A stretch of 64,000 nucleotides of DNA, taken from assembly GCF_031769215.1 (NCBI RefSeq), contig NW_026782608.1, positions 682,001-746,000 of the forward strand, given 5' to 3'. A program made the position numbers and the translations under genes. The notes beneath the pieces are model-generated. The model searched no databases. It was not told the DNA's origin and saw only the letters and a program-made list of their open reading frames with translations. The DNA is from Ylistrum balloti (lineage: Eukaryota). Positions 25,801 to 36,767 of this stretch are shown here, piece after piece; position 1 is the first letter of the stretch, and each line of letters starts with the position of its first letter.

Positions 25801-28800
25801 ACTGATACTGACTTGTTGAATTACCAAGTGATACTGACTTGTAAAGTTAAATGATACTGACTTGTTGAATTACCAAGTGATACTGACTTGTAAAGTTAGC
25901 TGATACTGACTTGTAACGTTAACTGATACTGACTTGTAAAGTTAACTGATACTGACTTGTAAAGTTAACTGATACTGACTTGTAAAGTTAACTGATACTG
26001 ACTTGTTGAATTACCAAGTGATACTGACTTGTAAAGTTAACTGATACTGACTTGTTAAGTTAACTGATACTGACTTGTAAAGTTAACTGATACTGACTTG
26101 TTGAATTACCAAGTGATGGTGACTTGTAAAGAAAACAAATGATTCCGACTGCTTCTGATATCTAGTCAAAAAACAAAAAAGGTATACTGACCCGTTAAAG
26201 TTATAAAGTCGATACCGACTGATAAAGTAACCAAAAGGCAGCGATACCGCATCCAAACAAACGACCGTGTCATAGGTATTTAATATAATACATAAAACTC
26301 ATTCGGATGCGTTTTTTCTTCTTTATTTTAATATTAATAAGTATATTATTAATATTAACAAAACTACAAGACTTCATGCGAACCTGTCCTTGAAAATGTA
26401 ATAATACTTTATGCTACTCAGACAGCGATCGACTGAACTAATGACTATTTACGACAAGAGATCGCTATCAGCTCTCACACCTCGACAATAAAATCCAACT
26501 TACAAAACCCTACAACACGATCCAATTGAGCCCGAGTTTCGAGAGTCACCTAACATTAGGATACAGATGCATTAGTCATACAGTATGACGTGAGCCTGAA
26601 GTTTGGTTTGTACGGATTGACTGGCAAAAGAAAACTCGGTCATGCCAACAAAATGACTTGTCTGACCACAGATGGGAACGTAGCACCTCTTAAAGCTGAT
26701 ATCACGTCTAAAGAGGGTTGCACATAGAACATGCATTCCAAGCATTGATATGTACACTTATTTGTGCATTTTGAGCACCCCTCCCGTGCCTTCAGTTGTA
26801 CACTTAAGAGGGTATTTACGTCCATGAAGCACTGAGATAGATCTTTTTACATATAAATGACATTTGTGCTGATACAAACATTAAAAGCTTTATATATGGA
26901 AACTTTTAGACTACACCCATAATTAATATCAAGTTTAAATACTTCACAACGTGTGCGATATGGGTCTTCACTATAATTGTAATTTAAACATTAGCTGTTT
27001 AAAATCACAGTTGATCACACAACAGAAAACTTTAGCAATGTTGCACAGCTTCAACTATTATAGATACAAAACACGTGTGCACTGAATGATGCCATATAAG
27101 TTGTACACCGACATGCTGCATATATCAGAATTTTATTAGTAAAAGGATGAATAAAAATACAGCGGGGTAAAGATGTTAAATACTTATTTAAATCTTTACA
27201 TATTTAAGTATTCTTTAACTTATTTAATGTTATATTTAGGCATTGTTTAAAAGTTAAAGTATACATTTTTCATTCTGACAAACTACGATATCCTAATCTC
27301 TTTACATACTTCTTCGAAGATCCAAATTTTCACGAATTTTCTAACAGCTTCAAGGAAAAAGGCATTTGTCATTGAAGTCAGGAAATGGTCTATAATTTTC
27401 TCTTTATTCAATTTTCAAAGAATTTCTTTATTTCTTGTTTATTCCATCCTCCAGTCATAAATAGAGAAAAGTAGATACATCTCCATACATATTCATTCTA
27501 CGCATGTCTCTGATCTACCCACATACGGATTGTTCGGCCACTTTTGTTCCAAGTCGATAATGGAGCTGATCCTGGCTGAAAATCTAGACATCCCTTTTTT
27601 CTTGTATATAGGTAAACCCCCGTGAAGATTATTTAATCAGCTTCACTATTTATAGAAAACACAGCTACTTTCATTCCAAGTAGTTAATCCTATCCCTTCT
27701 ACGCAGCAGGTTAATCCAACAACCATCCCACTTGATGTTGTAGACATCTTTCTCTACAGATAATCTAACCGCCTTTGTTCTCTGGATAATTACCTTCATT
27801 CTATACAGAAAACACATTAGCTTTATTTCCATTAGGTTATGGTGCTGCTGCTGATTAATGGCACAAAACTTCTGGAAGATAATCCAAACTGATTTTCTTC
27901 TGGGGATAATCCTGACGATTTAATTCGACGAACGGGTTGAATATTGAACCAGCTGGATCATGTTGGGGATTAAAACGTTTCTCCCCCAAAACACGATGTA
28001 AATGATATCTAAATGTTCTAAATTTATGGATAACCTAAGGACGTTTTAAGCATAATGTTATTTCAAATCATAACGGCTACGTTGATGTAAAAATATGATT
28101 GAAATGGTGTAAACAATAAAATGCTAGACCGATGTGAAATGTTAAAACAAGTAGGCTAATGAAACGACAACATAATCAATTAACTAGTGCAACATTATGG
28201 TAATCTGTGTACCGGTATAATAACTTGTGTAATAGTGTAATAACTTGTGTAATAGTATGATAACTTGTGTACCAGTATAATAACTTGTGTAATAGTGTGA
28301 TAACTTGTGTAATAGTGTGATAACTTGTGTACCCGTATAATAACTTGTGTATCAAAATAATAACTTGTGTAACAGTATAATAAATTGTGCAATAGTATAA
28401 TAATTTGTGTACCAGTATAATAACTTGTGTACCAGTATAATGACTTGTGTACCAGTATAATGACTTCTGTACCAGTATAATGACTTGTGTACCATTATAA
28501 TGATTTGTGTACCAGTATGATAACTTGTGTACCAGTATGATAACTTGTGTAATAGTATGATAACTTGTGTACCAGTATAATAACTTGTGTACCAGTATAA
28601 TAACTTGTGTACCAGTATAATGACTTGTGTACCAGTATAATGACTTGTGTAATAGTATGATAACTTGTGTACCAGTATGATAACTTGTGTGATAGTATGA
28701 TAACTTGTGTACCAGTATGATAACTTGTGTGATAGTATGATAACTTGTGTAATAGTATGATAACTTGTGTACCAGTATAATAACTTGTGTACCAGTATAA

Positions 28801-31314
28801 TAACTTGTGTACCAGTATAATGACTTGTGTACCAGTATAATGACTTGTGTAATAGTATGATAACTTGTGTACCAGTATGATAACTTGTGTGATAGTATGA
28901 TAACTTGTGTAATAAATAGTATGATAACTTGTGTACCAGTATAATAACTTGTGTAATAGTATGATAACTTGTGTACCAGTACAATAACTTGTGTACCAGT
29001 ATAATAACTTGTGTAATAGTATGATAACTTGTGTACCAGTATAATAACTTGTGTACCAGTATAATAACTTGTGTAATAGTATGATAACTTGTGTACCAGT
29101 ATAATAATTTGTGTGATAGTATGATAACTTGTGTAATAGTATGATAACTTGTGTACCAGTATAATAACTTGTGTAATAGTATGATAACTTGTGTACCAGT
29201 ATAATAACTTTTGTACCAGTATAATAACTTGAGTACCAGTATAATAACTTGTGTAATAGTATGATAACTTGTGTACCAGTGTGTACCAGTATAATAACTT
29301 GTGTGATAGTATGATAACTTGTGTAGTAGTATGATAACTTGTGTACCAGTATAATAACTTGTATACCAGTATAATAACTTGTGTACCAGTACAATGACTT
29401 GTGTACCAGTATAATAACTTGTGTAATAGTATGATAACTTGACCGATGTAACATTGTAATTATATCATCAAAACAGTTATAATGATTAGGCTAATACAAA
29501 ACAATCATGCTTACTTAACTGATACAAGTTATGATACCCTGACCTGAAGTGACGATAATTGAATAATACAAACGCTATGGTAACTTGACTAATACAAACG
29601 CTATGGTAACTTGACTAATACAAACGCTATGGTAACTTGACTAATATAAATCTTATGGTAACTTGACTAATACAAACGCTATGGTAACTCGACTAATACA
29701 AACGCTATGGTAACTTGATTAATACAAATCTCATGGTAACTTGACTAATACAAACGCTATGGTAACTCGACTAATACAAACGCTATGGTAACTCGACTAA
29801 TACAAACGCTATGGTAACTCGACTAATACAAACGCTATGGTAACTCGACTAATACAAACGCTATGGTAACTCGACTAATACAAACGCTATGGTAACTTGA
29901 CTAATACAAATCTCATGGTAACTTGACTAATACAAACGCTATGGTAACTTAACTAATATAAATATTATGGTAACTTGACTAATACAAACGCTATGGTAAC
30001 TTGACTGATACAAACGCTATGGTAACTTGACTGATACAAACGCTATGGTAACTTGACTGATACAAACGCTATGGTAACTCGACTAATACAAACGCTATGG
30101 TAACTTGACTTATACAAATCTTATGGTAACTCGACTAATACAAATCTTATGGTAACTCGACTAATACAAACGCTATGGTAACTTTACTAATACAAATGCT
30201 ATGGTAACTTGACTGATACAAACGCAATGGTAAAAATATGATAAGTTATGAAACGAAAGATATGATGACTGATTGAATGCGACAGATTACAAATGGACTG
30301 ATATAGATATTACTGATAAAACAGGTTGGGATTACCTCACAGTTTCGGATAACAATGTAATACATTAAACAAAAGACTTTAATAAGTAGTACGCCCTGTA
30401 ACAGCAGATACAAATAGTGACTTCACAAAAACATGACTACGTTTCTATCAGCTTGTTCCGAGAATTTCCTGTTTGTTCAATTCTGTCGGTCAGTTCTGGC
30501 GTAAAAACTGGTTACAATCTATCAATAACGACAAAAAACGACACCGTCTATTTTCAGCGTACAAATAAATAGGATGGTTGTCAGATACATCAGGTAATTC
30601 TCCCTATAGTTCAGTCAGAATGCGTACATGTATAACGGTAACCAAATTGATTAGCTCTAGACCTTGTTTGTTTAGGCAAGATAAATTTAAAGGTGATGAG
30701 TGCATTTAACAAGCTTTTTTGGGTAATGCTATGCAGTTTAATTCGTTGTTTGTCTCTACTATACCTTATTCTAACTTTGTATTAAATTGTGTTATTCACT
30801 TGTGTGTCTTTTGTGCAAATTTGCCTCAATCTCACAATTGCTTAGTGGTTGGAGCCATTACAATTTATTCTTTCAAATAGATAGAAATTTAAAACGAAAC
30901 ACAAACTAAAATATCACTAATGATACTTTTAAAAAACATAAAGAACTCTCACAGAAATGGGATGAAAAGTACAAATTTAAAACGATCTGTTTAAAACGTA
31001 ATATTAAAAAAATCAGAGCCAAGTTTATAGGATGAAAAGGTAAAATATAATGAGACAAATAGATGTCCAAATACAACATGCCCATGCTAGGTTAAATATT
31101 AAAACATACACTACCTGGGACTGTAGGCAGAACAATTTTCTCCAATTCCCCTAGCACATTCATCACAACAGCTGCACGGCAGGGCCACCCTCTCACATCC
31201 TTCCCGAAGTTTGGGGCATATGGTGTGTCCGGTGCATGGGGGACACCGTGGTGCTCCCTGGACTACGATTGTACACACTACACAGAAACAAAGAAACAAC
31301 ACTGAATCTCGCAT
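22874..31314 (-). CDS. Secreted single IGFBP-domain (IB) protein, perlustrin/SIBD-like, about 113 aa
   Basis: Exon 31314-31115 (signal peptide plus CPPC..C..C..PCSCCDEC..C, donor AG|GTAGT, phase 2) and exon 23831-23736 (RCATGLMCMNMRGEALERVPRIMKTYHGICQN, acceptor TTTATAG, donor GTAAGC) together give all 12 IB-domain cysteines. The terminal exon 22919-22874 (VLNIETHIKSLKTSR*) is less certain; an alternative acceptor near 23370 would end the protein QNV*. Confidence 0.85.
23175..23265 (+). mobile_element. Degenerate mollusc-type interspersed repeat fragment
   Basis: CATGGCGGTTGTC...AGCAGAAGATATTTACTCTTCCGGAATACCTGGTC resembles the common molluscan repeat GGATGCTTACTCCTCC..AGCACCTG. A related stretch (TACTTACCCTTCGGAGAGCA) lies near 37655. 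Confidence 0.35.
25068..26130. repeat. 23-bp minisatellite with interspersed 26-bp variant units
   Basis: Unit TAACTGATACTGACTTGTAAAGT; variant ...TGAATTACCAAGTGATACTGACTTG recurs at 95-bp and then 72-bp periods. Confidence 0.95.
26572..28006 (-). pseudogene. Decayed coding remnant in the IB-protein intron, possibly CYLD-like ubiquitin hydrolase
   Basis: Fragments in shifting frames with stops. After an AG at 26833-26832 it reads CFMDVNTLL...CSKC-x7-YQCLEC and then VPICGQTSHFV, compared by eye with CYLD LNITDLL...CRIC-x7-YECREC and AVLCIETSHYV. The upstream pieces (27250-28006) look protein-like but are unassigned. Confidence 0.3.
28200..29440. repeat. 20-bp minisatellite, about 60 copies
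   Basis: Unit GTATAATAACTTGTGTACCA with ATGA/ATAA and TAATA/TACCA/TGATA variants. It generates the spurious ORFs 28195..28392, 28352..28984 and 28495..29454. Confidence 0.97.
29565..30232. repeat. 26-bp minisatellite, about 25 copies
   Basis: Unit CTAATACAAACGCTATGGTAACTTGA with CTCGA and TCTCA/TCTTA variants. Confidence 0.96.
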
Positions 31315-34300
31315 TCCCGGTATTACAGGTAAAGCGGTTCACCAAACGATGTAGACAAGCCGATAATGGTCAACTAAGAAACGTCCTTTACATCTCAATT
31401 ATATTCTGTCGCTCATTGGTATCGAATCGATAATGTATTCGCCAAATCGCGGTGTGAAGGGAGAGACAAACGGCGTCAAACTTATATGAGCTGTATCTCT
31501 TTGTCTAGTAATCAGTAAGACACAGAAGGCGGCAGGGATAGATCTACTTTTTCTTTCTCAAGAGTTTTTTTTTCGTGATCACATGATCGGCGGTGTTTTG
31601 CCAGTTTGTACAGGAGAGTAGAGAAAATAAGATATTCTGTATTCGCTGTCGGTGTAGACACGTTAGTTATGGTTGAAATGGAGCACGACACGACTGCAGT
31701 TTCACGTGCAATGTTCAATTTACGCGTGGGAGGTTTGCGGTATGAGGCGGGTTAGTATCATATTGAGGAGGGGATGCAACTGTCGGAGCAATGACTACTA
31801 TGACAGACACCAGACTTGTGACCTCCCCCACAGACAGATAGCTATCCCGGCTTTTAGTAAACAAAGCTTCCTGCAAAATTCGATAACGGATATGCACATT
31901 GTCAAGTACTGTTTTAAAACCCGCACACGATTTTACGTCTTGCATGCTTATCTACGCCTGATTTTACAAGTCCCGGTTTGGTAATTATTTAAAACTTTAA
32001 GTATACTTACCAGAAGTGGATGTGATATATAAGTGGTATCGTGTTATGTCAGCGTCATCTACGTCCTATTATAAGCAAGAAACACAAAAAAAATGTTATT
32101 ATTCAACAACCTATACAACGCCGAGGTTCGGATTGTATACCTTCAATGTCACTGAAAGTAAATGATAACTTGAGTATACAAGAAATATAACAATAAGTGT
32201 TTAAATCGTAGAATTGATAGTGATCATTCGTATACATCCAAGGATATGATAAAGGGGAAGTGTAGCCATTAAAGAATGTACAGAAAATCTGCTGTAAAAT
32301 CACATATTTACGTGGGGACAATTTTCGTACTTTAAAAAAATTCGTGGACACTTGATTTGGTAGATAAATACAATTCAATTTTAATTAGACTTGTTCTAAC
32401 ATTTCGTTGACGTCTTGGATTAAGAGTACCAACGAAATTAATGAAAATAAATTGTTTTCAAGTAAACTCTTGAAGACTACAGAAAAGTCAACATCTAGTA
32501 GTTAAATTCTTTATTTGGCTTGAGTGTCATTTGTACAATCTTCACACAAATTGTAACTACTAGACCAGTAATATTACAGAAAACATACTTCCTTGGGTTC
32601 AATACGATATGTTCGTTATCCCAGAGTCAGAAAATGAAATCCGATATAATACAGGTATCTGTAATTGTGAATCGGGAGGAGGGCATCGTTTGTGTTTAAT
32701 GACGAGACTGAGCGTAATTAATAAATTGATTAAATCTCTGCAATAATTGAAGCGAGGAACCATAAACAGATATACTCCCAGACCGTCAAGTCATACTTTA
32801 TAACGTAACGGATAGGGGCAAATATATCCTAATATTGCCAATCTGTATATGAAAGTGTCAATCTTTGTTAGACCAAGATCGTAAACGACGTAAGCAAATA
32901 TTTGTTATACAAGATCGTTCACCACAAGAAATATATGACCAATTCAAATCAATAAAGAATCGCATTCAAAAACTATATTTCTATTAATATCATCTTAAGC
33001 TGAAACTATTTTGATGTTTTCTTAATTTGGAGATAATGGCATTTCTTGCTTTGTTACCGATAGAAACCTCTTAAAACCAATATTGATTAATGACTTCACA
33101 AAATTACGATATCCATGTACTTGTTTACATGATAAGGAGGCCTTCTACAGTTCATTGGAAAGCGTTTAATAATTAGTCATTTCAAATGATGATAGACTCA
33201 TTTTATTTTTGGACACTTGAAAAACGCTCGTCATAAAAATGAAAGGAGGATGTCGTGTAATTATTAAATTCTTCAAGCAAACAGATTTTGATATATGTAA
33301 TGGTGTTGTCCAGTTCATCGCTTGACCTTGACCTTAGTTATTCGCATTACATCCGATAAACTAATGTAACATGACCATTTGTTTTATTTTCAAAAGCCAT
33401 CCATTTATTCACCTTCAAGGAAACTGATGTGGGGTTATTTTGATGTCGACAATATCTGCAATCTGCATTCTTCGGCAATGAAATTCACTTTTTTTCAATA
33501 CTATATAGAACTTTAGTAAAGTATATTGTACCCACGGTCTCCCATTGCATGATGCTACTAGACCTGGGATCTTTGTGTTTTCTCTCTTTTTAAATACATG
33601 TATTTTTGCTCTTCCAAATGCCTTCCTTCACACTGCCTCTCTTTTTTTTACTTCAGTTGAGCGTTCGTCCATGTGAGAAAGGCTTACAGTTCTGTCATCT
33701 GTCCGAGATATACCAGAGCCTTTCGAAATGGTAGTTACAACATCTTGTTTAATGTTCAGCATCTTGGAAGTGTAATGACTGGTGACCAGATGGGTAGTCC
33801 TGGGGAGTCTTCGGCAGTACCTTTCAATGTGGTGGCACTATAAACTCGCACTATCACATGAAGGCTTACATGAACGCTGTTCAAGGAACACTATTGTGGA
33901 CAAAAGAATCTAGTATGGTGTTCTTTTTCTCGTAAAAAAAGCAATTTTTAGAGTGGTGATATATATTGCATATCAATATAAGATTCTTTAATTCAAAAGC
34001 TGTGGATGCCTTTCAGTCCTAGCTTATTTTATAGATATTTTCTAACATCAATTCTGATTACGGTAGGAAGTAATCCATTGAAATCAGTAAAAAAAATATC
34101 TATATAGTTTATGATCACCTATTTTCATTTTAGAATTTGGAGAAAAAGAGAGATAATTGGAATTAATCATGTTTAATTGTCGATTTATCTTTACTAGAAT
34201 GACACTGATTGTAGAAAGTGGTTTAAACATAGAACAGAATACGTATACGTAAGTTGTTGGTAACATCTGACTGTACTACTTGTAAATAAAAATTACAGCG

Positions 34301-36244
34301 AAAATTGTTCAAATAGACACACAAGAAAATAGCACCTTTAACTTTAGATTTAGTAGAGCCAAACTATGAATGAGAAATTATCATACACTTGTTTCATCCT
34401 TCTAGAACGCATCAGTGATATTAAGGTCTAGCATTTGAAGCCTAGAAACAAACTTGGAAATCCACGTTATCGGAAGAAAAGTAAAAAGTATATGTGTATA
34501 ACAGAGTGGACATTGATCACAGTTTGAATTATGCCCAATGCAGCATTTTCACCATTTTTTTTTTTACTATTTTATTAATTATTTACAGTAGATTTAAGTA
34601 TGTTTATATGGGATAACACGACATTTTCTGCAAAAGTTGAACGCCAGGTTCCAAACCGATTCATCAGATTTCTTATATATATTATCATATTATAAACGTA
34701 GGCATAAACTGGGATCAAATAGAATGTAAACATAAAAGTATTAAGCTTGGTCATACGAAGGTCATCACAAGACGTAAATAAAAACAAACGGTTTATAGAA
34801 GAATGTATGCTTGGACATTCATACACATTCAGTCATTGTTTTGACGAGTATGGTTTGACAGATGAGAATATGGGGGACCTGTCGTGGCTAAATACTATAT
34901 CTGACATGTAGTTTCTCAAAATACTACGCGATATGCCATGTCTTCACTCACCTGTCAAGGGTTGCGCGGCGATAAGGTTTTTCAGTACACAAAAAAAAAA
35001 AAAAAAAACCACACACACAAACGCGAAAAGTAAATTTCAATACAAATCTATAATAAGATACAGTATGATTGCGATATTAAGTGCCTGAATTGTTGAAACC
35101 TAGACAACTAGGGGAAATTAATATCTTTTTGGTAATTTGCTTTCAGCTTTATTGGTAGTGACAACACATGTTGTACATAATCATAAAGAAAATACCCATT
35201 GTTTCATTTCAGTTCCTATCTGCTTTTAGTTCTCAAGCTATAAAAAGAGTCTCATGTCGTAATAGGAAGTCTGTATTTCCGGAAACTTTTCAATGTGTCA
35301 TAATATAATCCCCTTCGTGTTTCCTGTCTCTATTGTCGTAATTTCATATCTATTTTGAGATCTTGTTTGATTCCATTTTATACACTTATGAGAAAATGGG
35401 AAAGAGAACTGGAAACCTTCTAATTGGATGGTTAGAGTTAAATACCTAGTCCTGCCTTAGTCCCTGATGTTTTCTCTCGACTAGATGTAGGAATTGTAGA
35501 TAAATTTCCAAATTTATACATGAAAGATTACACAAGAATATAAGTATCAGGGGGATAATTCTTCGGGCACCGTCTATCCTTTTTTGCCTTATCATCAGTC
35601 GTTTTCTATCTAAAACTGTCTTTAATCTCTCTATAAAAAGTGTCAAAAACATTGTGTGTTTCAACAATATTCACATGTATAAGACTGCATGTACAATAAG
35701 ATGTTTGATATTAACATTAAAAAAAACCTACATACTTTGAAAGAATGCAAAGATATGAATTTCATGAAGTTAAATAAAAAAAAAGGGGGGGGGGGGTAGG
35801 GGTTATTTGATACTAAAACTATACAGAGAGTGTCGTCAATTTCACTAAATACAGCTAAGATGTTGTATGGCGTTGTTTGTTAAAGTAGGAACAGGTCATC
35901 TATAGTGTAAGAACTAAAGAGTTGTCTTTCCCGGATTTTCATGGTACTACGAAAGTATGTATTTTTGTAACTCGAAAACACTTGATTTTAACAATACTTA
36001 ATTTCTTTTATTAAGTCTTTTTCTACTAGTAACTTGTGCCGTTATAGATCGCGTGTATCTCGGCCTTGAAACCCTAGTCAACTTCAGCGACGCTAGGACC
36101 GACAACGTCATATTTACAAACAACTGCGATGTACTTCGTGAGTGATTGATGACTGAATGCGCAACAAAAGAATTATATTCATTAACTGGCCATGGTTTGA
36201 CCTGTTTTGGACAAGCCATCATCAATTACTATAATCCCCCAATG

Positions 36245-36308
36245 TATATATATAAGTCAACAGAGCCGAACTGAACAATCTTGACGGAGAACTTTCAACA
36301 ACGTAAAG
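36245..36308 (+). promoter_or_regulatory. TATA box and probable non-coding first exon of the sulfatase gene
   Basis: TATATATATAA at 36245-36255, a strong donor AAAG|GTAGGT after 36308, and an acceptor TTTTTTTTCCAG ending at 36763, four nt before the ATG at 36768. Confidence 0.55.
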
Positions 36309-36767
36309 GTAGGTATATTGCTGTTCTTCTTTTAATTTTAGTTCTAAAATTTTATTCCTTTCATAAACTCCGCGGTTAGATATGGTAATAGATATAACTT
36401 GTCGTACTCAGCGTGATGACACGAATCCTCTGGTTTCATAACCACTAATTCTCAATGGAACCTATAACTTTAACAACACGTACAGTTAACATTTGGTTCT
36501 GAAGAATGTTTAAAAAAACGTACAATTACACTTGATACTTCAAACCTGTTTATTTATCAATATAATCAATGGAACTAAGGAAGACAGGTCTGCATAAAAT
36601 TTGGTTTTGTGTTTGATAGCAAGTTTGCTTGCTTTTTTCGTTCTACCATAAATTTTGCTTGTTTAGTCATCAAAATACTATTATAATTACTAATGTTATT
36701 ATAAAGTTCTAATTTGATTGAACTAATTTCTGTATAAAAATATTACATGAATTTTTTTTCCAGAAAT

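Noticed and set aside
28195-29454. Long ORFs of 210 and 319 aa rich in YYTSYHTITQVIIL
   Set aside because: They lie wholly within the 20-bp minisatellite, all frames give the same rotating peptide, and they are inside the intron of another gene.
34940-34990. Minus-strand donor GACAG|GTGAGT near 34950 as an upstream exon of the IB gene
   Set aside because: There is no convincing acceptor before ATG 31314, and a TATA-like element lies near 31485.
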